Positions 1-9,551 of a stretch of DNA of 49,710 nt are shown piece after piece; positions within the stretch are counted from its first letter, which is position 1; each line of letters starts with the position of its first letter. The notes below the pieces were generated by a model. The model made no database searches. It was given only the letters and a program-made list of their open reading frames with translations, and was not told the DNA's origin. Source of the stretch: Pyrinomonadaceae bacterium (GTDB taxonomy: Bacteria; Acidobacteriota; Blastocatellia; Pyrinomonadales; Pyrinomonadaceae); the NCBI GenBank assembly GCA_036395055.1, contig DASWDX010000523.1, positions 1 to 49,710 on the forward strand. The letters are read 5' to 3'. The translations under genes were made by a program, and so were the position numbers.

Positions 1-2255
1 CCGACATCAACAAACGCGTTGACGACTTGCTATCGCAGATGACTTTGGAAGAGAAAACCTGCCAGACGGCTACGCTATACGGCTACGCTCGAGTCTTGAA
101 AGACGAGTTGCCCACGCCGGAATGGAAACGTCGAGTTTGGAAAGATGGCATCGCCAATATCGACGAACACCTCAATGGTTGGGGACAAGGCGCGAGCAGC
201 ATTTATGCCAGAGACATAAAGAAGCATGTGTGGGCCATGAATGAAGTGCAACGCTTCTTTATCGAGGAAACGCGACTTGGAATTCCGGTGGATTTCAGCA
301 ATGAGGGTCTCCGTGGTGTCGCTTTTTCTATCGCCACGAGTTTTCCTTCCGAGTTGAGTCAGGGACATACGTGGGATAGAGAGTTGATTCGGGAAATTGG
401 ACGAATCACCGCCAAGGAAGCGAGAGCGCTCGGCTACACAAATATTTACGCGCCGACTTTGGATGTTGCTCGCGATCAGCGCTGGGGACGAATCGAAGAT
501 GTCTACGGCGAGGACCCTTATCTCGCCTCACAGCTAGGCGTGGAAATGGCGAAGGGTCTGCAGGAACACTACACGGTTGCATCCACCGCTAAGCACTTTG
601 CGGTCTACAGCAATAGCAAAGGGGCTCGCGAAGGGCAGTCTCGTACAGACCCGCAAACCTCGCCACGCGAAGTGGAAAATGTTTTTTTGCCACCTTTTAA
701 AGCTGCTATTAAGGAAGCCGGCATTTTGGGCATGATGAGTTCGTACAACGACTACGACAGTATTCCAGTCACCGGGAGTAGTTACTGGCTAACGGACCGA
801 CTCAGAAAAGATTTTGGGTTTAAGGGATACGTTGTCTCCGACAGTGCCGCGGTAGAGTTTTTATACAACAAGCACGGCGTCGCCGCCGACATGAAAGATG
901 CCGTGCGTCAATCCATCGACGCCGGCTTGAATGTGAAAACAAACTTCACTCCGCCAGACGACTTCATTCTTCCTTTGCGCGAGTTGGTTAAAGAGGGAAA
1001 AGTTTCAATGAAAACGCTCGACGACCGGGTGCGCGACGTCTTGCGCGTGAAATTCCTGGTCGGCATCTTCGATCGTCCCTACGTTTCTGATGCGGACGCA
1101 ACCGAACGGTTGGTTAATTCCGCTGAGCATCAGCAAGTTGCTTTGCGTGCTGCACGCGAAAGCGTCGTACTACTCAAAAATGAAAGGAGCGTTCTGCCAT
1201 TGAGTAGGGAGATTAAGTCGGTCGCCGTCATTGGCCCGAACGCCGATAACGACAGTAATACCCAATATCGTTACGGTCCTTCATCCATAAAAGGTGTTAC
1301 GGTGATGGAGGGGATCAAGAATAAGTTGGGCGGCAAGGTGAGCGTACGCTACGCAAAGGGCTGCGAGATTCTCGATGCTCATTGGCCTGAAACTGAAGTA
1401 CTAGCCGAGCCTTTGACTAAAGAAGAACAGGAAGAGATAGACAAGGCCGTTGACGTCGCTAAAAACTCGGATGTGGCCATCGTAGTTCTTGGTGATTCTT
1501 CAAAAACCGTCGGCGAAAGCGCCAGCCGTACAAGTCTTGATTTACCGGGACGCCAGTTGAATCTGGTCCAGGCAGTGTATGGCACCGGCAAGCCAGTTGT
1601 AGTAGTTCTAATTAACGGCCGTCCGCTGAGCATTAACTGGGTAAACAAGTATGTGCCGGCCATTGTGGAGGCCTGGTTTCCGGGCGCACAAGGTGGCACT
1701 GCGATTGCCGACGTATTGTTTGGCGATTACAACCCCGGTGGAAAACTCACGGTAACGTTTCCTCGAACGGTAGGTCAGATCCCCTATAACTTTCCAACTA
1801 AACCTAATGCTCAGTGGGAGGGCGAGAACACCCGCGTTAACGGTGCACTCTATTATTTCGGGCATGGACTGAGTTACACCACCTTCGAGTACAGCAATCT
1901 TCAAATCAATCCTCGAAAACAGACGTCGCGCGGAAGCGTTTTGGTGAGCCTTGAAGTGAGGAATACCGGCGCGCGCGCGGGCGACGAAGTTGTGCAACTC
2001 TACACACGTGATGTTGTCAGCAGCGTCACTACATACGAAAAGAATTTACGCGGGTTCGAGCGAGTGCACCTAAACCCGGGCGAAGCTAAGAGCATTAAGT
2101 TTACGCTGACACCTGACGATCTGGCTCTTTGGGATCGGAATATGCACTTCATAGTAGAGCCGGGAGTATTCAGAGTGATGGTTGGGGCTGGCTCCGAAGA
2201 CATCCGGCTAAACGGCGAATTCGAGATCGTGGGATCAAGAGACCGCGACAGATAA
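1..2255 (+). CDS. Glycoside hydrolase family 3 (BglX-like beta-glucosidase/beta-xylosidase); 5' end cut by the window edge
   Basis: The frame is open from base 3 (DINKRVDDLLSQMTLEEK...), so the TTG at 27 is probably internal. GH3 hallmarks are present: KHFAVYS, the GYVVSDS nucleophile region, and a C-terminal Fn3-like GHGLSYTTFEYSNL. Confidence 0.85.
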   Translation, partial: DINKRVDDLLSQMTLEEKTCQTATLYGYARVLKDELPTPEWKRRVWKDGIANIDEHLNGWGQGASSIYARDIKKHVWAMNEVQRFFIEETRLGIPVDFSNEGLRGVAFSIATSFPSELSQGHTWDRELIREIGRITAKEARALGYTNIYAPTLDVARDQRWGRIEDVYGEDPYLASQLGVEMAKGLQEHYTVASTAKHFAVYSNSKGAREGQSRTDPQTSPREVENVFLPPFKAAIKEAGILGMMSSYNDYDSIPVTGSSYWLTDRLRKDFGFKGYVVSDSAAVEFLYNKHGVAADMKDAVRQSIDAGLNVKTNFTPPDDFILPLRELVKEGKVSMKTLDDRVRDVLRVKFLVGIFDRPYVSDADATERLVNSAEHQQVALRAARESVVLLKNERSVLPLSREIKSVAVIGPNADNDSNTQYRYGPSSIKGVTVMEGIKNKLGGKVSVRYAKGCEILDAHWPETEVLAEPLTKEEQEEIDKAVDVAKNSDVAIVVLGDSSKTVGESASRTSLDLPGRQLNLVQAVYGTGKPVVVVLINGRPLSINWVNKYVPAIVEAWFPGAQGGTAIADVLFGDYNPGGKLTVTFPRTVGQIPYNFPTKPNAQWEGENTRVNGALYYFGHGLSYTTFEYSNLQINPRKQTSRGSVLVSLEVRNTGARAGDEVVQLYTRDVVSSVTTYEKNLRGFERVHLNPGEAKSIKFTLTPDDLALWDRNMHFIVEPGVFRVMVGAGSEDIRLNGEFEIVGSRDRDR

Positions 2256-2299
2256 ACTCCTGATCCACTCCGTGAAGACCGGCGATCTTTATGCATTGA

Positions 2300-2797
2300 T
2301 CAAAGAGTGATCTCAACGCGAGGTTTCCGCGATGAAGTTACAGATTGATTGCGCCACGTCATCGGCAAGATACCACGCCATCCCCAGGTAAGAAGTGTAG
2401 CTACCGCTCGAGAGAGTGGGGCATTCGACCAGCGAACGTGCTGTCGAACAGAAGTAGACCAGCCTCCAATTGCACCCGCGAGCTGGCGCAGAAATGCGCG
2501 CGCACGAAGCGGAAAGTTTCCGATTTTGAAGATCGCACCGCGAATATAAATCGCGTGCATCTCCTCATCTTTCCACGTCCAAAGCAGAGCGTGGCGAATA
2601 ATCTCGCGCTCCTCTTCGGAGATGGGCATGGCCTTTAAGCGCACCGCGATCAAATCTTCCCGGTACCCAACAGACACGATCTCCTCACGCTCCAGCGCAA
2701 GCAGAAAGAGCCGGATCATCTGGCGGCGCGGGCGTCCAGCATACTTGTTGTCCCAGATAGCGAGTTCAGCTTGAAATTGATCGTAGACGCTTCCCAT
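2300..2797 (-). CDS. Hypothetical protein (possibly ferritin-like/helical); the C-terminus looks odd
   Basis: 165-aa ORF convergent with the GH3 gene. I recognise no motif beyond a DEEMHAIYIRG helix. The last ~30 aa are Trp/Arg-rich and may be out of frame. Confidence 0.4.
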   Translation of the reverse strand: MGSVYDQFQAELAIWDNKYAGRPRRQMIRLFLLALEREEIVSVGYREDLIAVRLKAMPISEEEREIIRHALLWTWKDEEMHAIYIRGAIFKIGNFPLRARAFLRQLAGAIGGWSTSVRQHVRWSNAPLSRAVATLLTWGWRGILPMTWRNQSVTSSRKPRVEITL

Positions 2798-2988
2798 GAC
2801 GATTTGTCTTTCACCGTCCCTGTTAAGCCTGAGTGCTTATACCAACATTGACATTAATTTCAGTCTCTAAGCAAGGTTGAATCTGAATACCCAGAAAGAG
2901 GAGGGCGAGCTTCCGCAAGTTTGCCTGAATGAATCGAATCGGATGAATAAGGAACTGTCAGCCCACAGCAATCTGTCGCGTTACGGCA

Positions 2989-3423
2989 TCATCTCAAGAT
3001 CGGCGCGAGCGGAGTCGGTGAAGTCGTCGCATCTTTGGTTTCGAGGAAGTCTTCCCTCACCGGGGTGAAGATATCGATGAGAACGACTTCTTCGTCCAAC
3101 ATCGTCGCGCCGTGCAAGCAGTTTGAAGGAAAGTGGAGCACATCACCCGGCGACGCAAGACGCTCTGTGCCGTCGGCAAAGAAGCGCACGCGGCCGCTGA
3201 CGACAAGCGACATCTGCTCATGTGGGTGCGTGTGCTGTGGTGTCACGAGCAAAGGCGCGAAGCGAAAGCGGCAGATCATCAAGTGCTCGCCAACCACCAT
3301 CTGTCGCTCGATGCCTTCGGCGGGATGCTCGACCGGAATGCTGGACCAGTTGAGATGTTGCGCGTTGCTTAATAGCGGCAACGCCGACGTGAGGGTCTGA
3401 TCTTCTCTTGCATTTAAAGACAT
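2989..3423 (-). CDS. Cupin-2 domain protein, KdgF-like candidate (ring opening of unsaturated uronates)
   Basis: Cupin metal motifs are present: HTHPHEQ ... GDVLHFPSNCLHG. It is a small cytoplasmic cupin at the end of the hexuronate operon. Confidence 0.7.
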   Translation of the reverse strand: MSLNAREDQTLTSALPLLSNAQHLNWSSIPVEHPAEGIERQMVVGEHLMICRFRFAPLLVTPQHTHPHEQMSLVVSGRVRFFADGTERLASPGDVLHFPSNCLHGATMLDEEVVLIDIFTPVREDFLETKDATTSPTPLAPILR

Positions 3424-3438
3424 CTGTTTTCCTGGCGA

Positions 3439-3711
3439 CTATTTCCTGGCAGCTAATTCCTGGCGGGCCGCTTCGAGACCGGAACCACTCGCGGCGTACT
3501 CTGGCTGCACATTCACCACGCCAAACTGCCGATCTTCACCTTCACGCACAGCCGCCATCATCCACAAAAAGTTTATCTGACCACCGGGCGCCGCCACGTT
3601 CGGATGGTAGCCTTTTGGCAGACATAACACGTCTCCCGTTTGATCTCCGGCATCGTAAGTTGATCGCTCATCGAGCCCTCCTAAACATCCTACTGGACAG
3701 AGCTGTTCCAA
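3439..3711 (-). pseudogene. KduI/IolB-family isomerase, C-terminal ~90-aa remnant
   Basis: LPKGYHPNVAAPGGQINFLWMMAA matches the GYHP..aPGy.lYyLwvmaG core of IolB/KduI-family proteins, which are about 270 aa. An in-frame TGA lies 3 codons upstream of the TTG start. The upstream space is occupied by the dehydratase gene. Confidence 0.45.
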
Positions 3712-3782
3712 TTCCTGGAATCAAGCCGCGATTCCACTTCGTTGTTTTCAGGGCGGCCTCTTCGGGACCGACCTCTTTAGAT

Positions 3783-5357
3783 CTAAAGGGAAACGGTTTG
3801 TTCAGCCCAGAATTGAAACTCACGATGTTTGTGCTCTTCAGCTTTAGCCAGCGCTTCGCCACTGGCTACTCTTCTCACTTGCTCGAAGACACGCGCACCG
3901 ACTTCATCAATGGTCTCCGTGCCGTCAATCACTCCACCGGCAGAAAGGTCCAGGTCGCGGGACATGCGCTCGAAGACCGGCGTGTTCGAAGCCAGTTTGA
4001 TCACCGGCGTAATGGCATTTCCGATGGTCGTGCCGCGTCCGGTTGTGAACACCACAACCGTGGCACCAGCGCCAACGAGTCCCGGCGTCGACTCCTGATC
4101 GTAGCCTGGCCCTTGCATCAAATGGAGTCCGTGGCATTTCGGAGTTTCAGCGTATTCAATAGTTCCCTCCACGCGAGTTGTACCGGCCTTGGACATGGCC
4201 CCCAAACTTTTGACCGTAAGATTAAGCAGCCCCCCTGCGATATTACCCGGACTCGGATTCTGATTGAGCACGGCGCCAAACTTCGAGGCATACTCTTTGT
4301 ACCAGTCCACTAAACGATAAATCGCTCGACCAATTTCGGCGTTTTTAGCACGGTGGGCCAGAATGTGTTCAGCACCACAAAACTCCGGCACCTCCGTAAT
4401 CAAGACTGTGCCGCCGGAACGAACCAGCATATCCGCGGCGCGTCCCAAAGATGGGTTTGCCGAGATTCCCGAGAAGCCGTCCGACCCTCCACACTTAACT
4501 CCTAACACCAACTCGCCGACAGATACTTCTTCGCGCACGGCCCGATTAACTTCCGGTAGCATGCGTCCAACCTCTTCGAGTCCAAGCTTGATCGCGGCTT
4601 CAGTACCGCCAATTTCCTGAATCCCGATCTTGGCGACGGGTTTATTGAAAGACTTCTCGCGATTGAGCAGATATCGCTCAACATAAGCAAGATTCGTCTT
4701 TTCGCAACCCAAATCCATCAGAATCACTCCACCCACGTTAGGGTGATCGGCATAGTTGGAAAGTGTCCGCAACATAACGTCAAGCGTGGAACCATCCTGA
4801 CACCCACAGCCCTTGTTGTGCGGAATCGCCACCACGCCATCGACATTTGGGTACTTCTCACGTGTGTAGAGCATGAACTCTGACATCATCGAGATCTGCT
4901 GCGCCTCGTGGCTTGCACACATGCTCGTCGGCACGATCAGGACGTAATTGCGAGTGCCGACTCGTCCGTCCGCACGGCGAAAGCCCATGAACGTTGCGCG
5001 TTGCGCAGGCGGAATGTAATCGGGCGGAGGCGTTGAAAGGCCCTGCGGCAATTCGCGAATCACCGGCACTTCGTTTGACATATTGTCGTGGGTGATCTGT
5101 TCGCCTTCGTTGATACCCCTGGAGGTTCCTATAGGCTGGCCATACTGCAAAACAAACTCCCCGGCAGGAATGTCGCGGATGGCAAAACGGTGGCCCGGGG
5201 GAATCGCAGCACTCACGCGCACGACGCGATTGTCGGCAAGGGCCACCTCGAGACCAGGCTGCGTCTCCTTCTTGACGACCGCCAGGTTGTCTCCTGGATC
5301 AACGACGATCGCGTATTCGCTTACTGGCGTTGCTGCGGCGATGAACGTAGTCGACAT
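3783..5357 (-). CDS. UxaA/GarD-family hydro-lyase (altronate/galactarate dehydratase family)
   Basis: N-terminal SAF domain (PPGHRFAIRDIPAGE), then CGGSDGFSGISANP, ITEVPEFCGAE, NPSPGN and VFTTGRGT, all typical of UxaA/GarD. Confidence 0.9.
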   Translation of the reverse strand: MSTTFIAAATPVSEYAIVVDPGDNLAVVKKETQPGLEVALADNRVVRVSAAIPPGHRFAIRDIPAGEFVLQYGQPIGTSRGINEGEQITHDNMSNEVPVIRELPQGLSTPPPDYIPPAQRATFMGFRRADGRVGTRNYVLIVPTSMCASHEAQQISMMSEFMLYTREKYPNVDGVVAIPHNKGCGCQDGSTLDVMLRTLSNYADHPNVGGVILMDLGCEKTNLAYVERYLLNREKSFNKPVAKIGIQEIGGTEAAIKLGLEEVGRMLPEVNRAVREEVSVGELVLGVKCGGSDGFSGISANPSLGRAADMLVRSGGTVLITEVPEFCGAEHILAHRAKNAEIGRAIYRLVDWYKEYASKFGAVLNQNPSPGNIAGGLLNLTVKSLGAMSKAGTTRVEGTIEYAETPKCHGLHLMQGPGYDQESTPGLVGAGATVVVFTTGRGTTIGNAITPVIKLASNTPVFERMSRDLDLSAGGVIDGTETIDEVGARVFEQVRRVASGEALAKAEEHKHREFQFWAEQTVSL

Positions 5358-5390
5358 ATAGTCACAACTTCCCCTATTCGCGCTCCAGGT

Positions 5391-6332
5391 TTACAGCACA
5401 TCCGGCAGAATTAATGATCGGACGTTGCCGTGAAAACGCATCCACAATCCTGGGTTTTCGTCGAGTTGCGCCGTCCGTTGCGTCGGGTCAGTCGAAATCT
5501 CTGTTTCAAGCACGCGGCGATAACTGTCACGCTTGCCAGGCGCTGTGCTTGCATCCACTATCGATTGGACAATCCTTTTTGACTTGAGAATAGAAGCTGG
5601 CCCAAGCGTAAGAATATGCGTTGCCGATCGGCATTCCTCTTCGTCAGCAGCAGTGATCGTGCTTCCGCCAACTTTGAATTTATTGATGTGGTGTTCGAGT
5701 ATGCTGGAAGAAATTGGAATAACTCCAGCCATGTCATCAGCGCTGGCGCCGGACCCGGGCTTAATGTACGCAATATGAGATGCAGCACCAGCCTCCGGGC
5801 CCAGACCAAGAAAGCAAATATCAATGCCACCCAGAGATTCCAGCTTTTCCAGATATCGTTCCAGTTCAGCTTCCATGTCGTCCGTGTCCGTCTGCATCGG
5901 CGTAAAGCTTTTTACCTTTTCGAAAAAGGAGCTTCCCAACAGTCGTTCGAAATCGCGCACAAAGCTCAACCCGTTATCCATGCGCAGTGGCGCCAGCGCG
6001 TCCTGGGTGAAAATGTGAAGGCGTTTTAGCAGGTGGTCGATCTCGTCCGTCCGAGACATCTCACCTAGCATCCGGTACAACGCCTGCGCGCCCCGACCAC
6101 CAAGAAGGATGATGACCAGATCACCTTCTTTGTTCCCAGCAGCTCGTTGGATCTCCTCAAACTGCGCGCGACCAACGACCTCTTCTGACTCCATCACCTC
6201 ATACGTGAGTTCTCGAACTTGAAGCTCAAGAGCATCTTCACGAAAAGCTTGTTGCGGCCGGAGCCAAACGTTGCGCCCCACCACGCGACGAGTCAGGTTC
6301 TCCAAAACAGTAGCGGAAAAATTTGCTGCCAT
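5391..6332 (-). CDS. NagB/6-phosphogluconolactonase-superfamily protein (sugar isomerase/deaminase/lactonase-like)
   Basis: LVIILLGGRGAQ and IDICFLGLGPEAGAASHIAYIKP resemble the NagB/Pgl core (iDl.lLGiG.dGHiaf). It lies 33 nt upstream of the dehydratase on the same strand. Confidence 0.7.
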   Translation of the reverse strand: MAANFSATVLENLTRRVVGRNVWLRPQQAFREDALELQVRELTYEVMESEEVVGRAQFEEIQRAAGNKEGDLVIILLGGRGAQALYRMLGEMSRTDEIDHLLKRLHIFTQDALAPLRMDNGLSFVRDFERLLGSSFFEKVKSFTPMQTDTDDMEAELERYLEKLESLGGIDICFLGLGPEAGAASHIAYIKPGSGASADDMAGVIPISSSILEHHINKFKVGGSTITAADEEECRSATHILTLGPASILKSKRIVQSIVDASTAPGKRDSYRRVLETEISTDPTQRTAQLDENPGLWMRFHGNVRSLILPDVL

Positions 6333-6417
6333 TCGAATTAGCGTTGTGGCAATTTAAGAAAACCTCGTTCGCATCGGCACGTCTGAAGCCACGACCCCAC
6401 ATGCCGGTTTGCGTAAC

Positions 6418-6428
6418 TGGTCAAACCA
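6418..6428. promoter_or_regulatory. Operator-like palindrome TGGTCAAACCA (GGT-N3-ACC)
   Basis: Read directly in the divergent intergenic region between the NagB-like/dehydratase operon and the SDR/transporter operon. The half-sites match the FadR-subfamily GntR pattern t.GT-N-AC.a. Confidence 0.4.
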
Positions 6429-6596
6429 TTCCTCAGATTCGCAACCGAAGTATTTACCATAATGGTGGACTTCAAGGCAAGATCAATTCTATTCCGCGGT
6501 ATGCGAAAACTGAGACCAAAACCCACGCATGCCCAGAAGAAAAGAGCTTGACGCGGCCTCTCTAGTGGTGTTACACAGTGCTGACTGTAGCGATGA

Positions 6597-6608
6597 TTGG
6601 TAAGACCT
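6597..6608. promoter_or_regulatory. Operator-like palindrome TTGGTAAGACCT
   Basis: Second GGT-N3-ACC site in the same divergent promoter region, about 190 nt upstream of the SDR start. Confidence 0.4.
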
Positions 6609-6795
6609 ATGTCTCGGAGATCGGATAGCCAAAACGCCTGTCATTAAGTCAATTCTCCTCGGTACTGATGGGATTTTGCTAGGCGCCTCGGATGCCGGTG
6701 ACGATCTCTGTGTCAAAGTGGACGTGGTTTGCCCGATTGGGCCCGGCAGCGGTTAGATTTGTTTCCAGCTCCTTCAGAAGGGCATAAACGTATCG

Positions 6796-7572
6796 ATGAG
6801 CTATCCTCCTTTGGATCTCAGTGGCAAGGTGGCGGTCGTAATCGGTGGCACATCCGGCATCGGCCGCGCCATCGCCCACGGATTGGCACAAGCCGGCGCG
6901 GAAGTCGTGGCGACGTCACGACAGGCTGAACACGTCGAGGCATCCGCCCTGGAAATAGAGGCGTTCGGGCGCCGGACACTCCGCGCAACGTCCGATGTGG
7001 CCGACCGCTCCTCTCTACAACACGTCCTCGAAGAAACCGTCGAAACATTTGGCAAGGTCGATATCCTCGTCAATTCGGCCGGTCGAACAAAACGAGCGCC
7101 AACGGTCGATTTTTCTGACGGCGAATGGAACGACATTCTGGATACGAATCTTACCGGCACACTGCGCGCCTGTCAGATTTTCGGGAGACACATGATCGAA
7201 CGTCAGTATGGACGCATTATCAACATCGCCTCCCTGTCATCCTTTGTCGCCCTTTACGAAGTCGCCGCCTATTCGGCGAGCAAAGCGGCGGTTGCGTCGC
7301 TTACAAAGTCACTGGCAGTCGAATGGGCGTCGCATGGAGTTTGTGTCAACGCAATTGCCCCTGGGGTCTTCCGTACTGCACTCAATCAAAAGCTATTGGA
7401 CGAGACGGAACGTGGGCGTGAATTTCTGTTGCGCACGCCAATGAGACGGTTTGGCAAAGTCGAAGAACTGGCTGGAGCGGCGGTTTTTCTTGCCTCCGAC
7501 GCCGCCAGCTTCGTGACAGGCGAGATTTTGGTTGTGGATGGGGGCTTTCTGGCCAGTGGCGTTAATCAGTAG
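6796..7572 (+). CDS. SDR-family oxidoreductase (KduD / gluconate 5-dehydrogenase-like)
   Basis: GGTSGIGRAIA Rossmann motif, NSAG, the catalytic YSASKAA, and the IAPG..T tail. Confidence 0.9.
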   Translation: MSYPPLDLSGKVAVVIGGTSGIGRAIAHGLAQAGAEVVATSRQAEHVEASALEIEAFGRRTLRATSDVADRSSLQHVLEETVETFGKVDILVNSAGRTKRAPTVDFSDGEWNDILDTNLTGTLRACQIFGRHMIERQYGRIINIASLSSFVALYEVAAYSASKAAVASLTKSLAVEWASHGVCVNAIAPGVFRTALNQKLLDETERGREFLLRTPMRRFGKVEELAGAAVFLASDAASFVTGEILVVDGGFLASGVNQ

Positions 7573-7766
7573 GCGTTCACCTGGACTCTTCAATCACAGG
7601 AACCAAAGTGGATGAGACCCGTATCCCTTTTGCCGATGTTGAGACGTTCTGACTGCAACGCCGAATTGGCCGCAAACTCTGCTTGTCTCGAAGGGCGCGA
7701 GTATCTTTCTCCAGACGTACTATGCCTCTAACAAACTAATTCCTGGAATCAAGGACGAGTTAAGCT

Positions 7767-9119
7767 ATGGCTGATCCGAATAAGGCTCTTTTGGAATCGT
7801 CGTCCGAGATCGCACTAACAAACCGCGCGGTTGCGCCCGCGAGCATTGTCGGCAGCATTGGCACCGCCATCGGGCGTTATCGCTGGGCTATCTGCGCACT
7901 GCTGTTTTTCGCGACCACGATCAACTACATCGACCGCCAGGTCCTCGGGATACTCGCCACCGACGAAAACTTCAAGCACACGATCGGTTGGAATGACGCT
8001 CAGTATGGCTTTGTCCAGACCACATTCCAGGCCGCTTATGCCGTGGGGCTGTTGCTGGTCGGTAGTTTGATGGATAGGTTCGGCACTCGGAAGGGTTTCT
8101 CATTCGCAGTAACGTTCTGGTCTATCGCGGCGATGGGTCACGCGCTGGCGCGCTCGATCTTTGGTTTCGGAGTGGCGCGTTTTGCCCTGGGCTTGGGCGA
8201 GGCAGGCAATTTTCCCGCAGCAATAAAGACGGTGGCCGAATGGTTCCCGAAAAAAGAGCGCGCGCTGGCGACCGGCATCTTTAATAGCGGCTCAAACGTA
8301 GGTGCTATCGTCGGCCCGCTCGCCGTGCCGTTTATTGCCGTCAAGTACGGCTGGCAATGGGCCTTCATTATTACGGGACTGCTGGGCTTTATCTGGTTGG
8401 CCTTTTGGCTGGCGATCTACCGCCCTCCACAAGAGCACTCAAAAATTTCCTCCGCAGAGTTGGCACATATCCAGTCTGACCCGGCGGAACCGGCAACAAA
8501 GATAAAATGGTCGCGGCTTATTCCGCATCGTCAGACGTGGGCCTTTGCCGTCGGCAAGTTCATGACGGATCCAATCTGGTGGGTCTACCTCTTTTGGTTG
8601 CCGAAGTTTCTCAATTCAAACTACGGCTTGAACATCACGCAGATCGGTTTGCCCCTTGTTGTGATCTATGTCTCAGCAGACGTCGGGTCGATTGGCGGCG
8701 GCTGGCTCTCGTCATCGCTCATCAAGCGCGGCTGGACGGTTAACAAATCGCGTAAGGTTGCGATGCTGGTATGTGCGATATCGGTCGTCCCGATCATCTT
8801 CGCGGCTCACGCCTCGAGCCTGTGGGCGGCTGTTGGTTTTGTTTCACTGGCTGCGGCGGCGCATCAAGGCTGGAGCGCAAACATTTTCACGATGGCATCG
8901 GACATGTTTCCGCGCCGTGCAATTGGTTCCGTCGTCGGCATCGGTGGGATGGCAGGCTCGATTGGCGGAATGCTGATTCAGACCACGGTCGGATTGATCT
9001 TGTTCTATACCGGCTCGTACCTACCGATCTTCATCATCGCAGGCAGCACGTATCTGGCGGCGCTCGCTATTATTCACCTGCTCGTTCCGCGGCTGGAACC
9101 AGCTGACGTCGAGGGGTAA
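7767..9119 (+). CDS. exuT: MFS transporter, hexuronate (ExuT)-like
   Basis: 12-TM profile. RWAICALLFFATTINYIDRQVLG and AEWFPKKERALATGIFNSGSNVG match the ACS/ExuT family. Located in a uronate locus. Confidence 0.8.
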   Translation: MADPNKALLESSSEIALTNRAVAPASIVGSIGTAIGRYRWAICALLFFATTINYIDRQVLGILATDENFKHTIGWNDAQYGFVQTTFQAAYAVGLLLVGSLMDRFGTRKGFSFAVTFWSIAAMGHALARSIFGFGVARFALGLGEAGNFPAAIKTVAEWFPKKERALATGIFNSGSNVGAIVGPLAVPFIAVKYGWQWAFIITGLLGFIWLAFWLAIYRPPQEHSKISSAELAHIQSDPAEPATKIKWSRLIPHRQTWAFAVGKFMTDPIWWVYLFWLPKFLNSNYGLNITQIGLPLVVIYVSADVGSIGGGWLSSSLIKRGWTVNKSRKVAMLVCAISVVPIIFAAHASSLWAAVGFVSLAAAAHQGWSANIFTMASDMFPRRAIGSVVGIGGMAGSIGGMLIQTTVGLILFYTGSYLPIFIIAGSTYLAALAIIHLLVPRLEPADVEG

Positions 9120-9190
9120 CGACGAAACATGGAAATAGCGGATTGCACATCAAACCGAAGCAGAATTGGGTACTGGTTCACTTTGAACTC

Positions 9191-9377
9191 TTAGGTCCGA
9201 AGGACCGGAAGTTAGTAGCCCCCGTCCGTGAGGACGGGGAACTCCATCTTCTGATAGCCCGAAAGGCCCGAAGGGCCGGCACAAACCGTGGCGCACCTTC
9301 GGTGCTCAGGTAACTAACGGCCGCATCTCCCCGCCCTCACGGACGGGGGCTACTAACTTCCGGTCCTTCGGACCTAA
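9191..9377. repeat. 187-bp nested palindromic element (50-nt terminal inverted repeats, 49/50 complementary) between convergent genes
   Basis: Left arm is 9191-9240 and right arm is 9328-9377, with one mismatch counted by hand. Each arm also self-folds (GGTCCgaagGACC; CCCCGTCCgtgaGGACGGGG). The core carries GGCCCgaaGGGCC and GCACCttcgGTGC hairpins. Confidence 0.85.
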
Positions 9378-9551
9378 AGCGTGCCTGCGGTTGAAACTGA
9401 ACCAGCACCCAGAATTGTCGTTGTACTGCGTCTCGCTGGGCAGCTTTTGCGCGTTATCTGAAACCACGCCGGTAGTCGCAAAGGAAGCAATGCAGGCCGG
9501 ATGCGCGACTGTCTTCGTCGCCTCATTAGCAAATTGATTTGGGTTTGAGGT

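Noticed and set aside
3408-4313. 301-aa plus-strand ORF
   Set aside because: It is antisense to the well-supported UxaA-family and KduI-fragment genes and has low-complexity composition.
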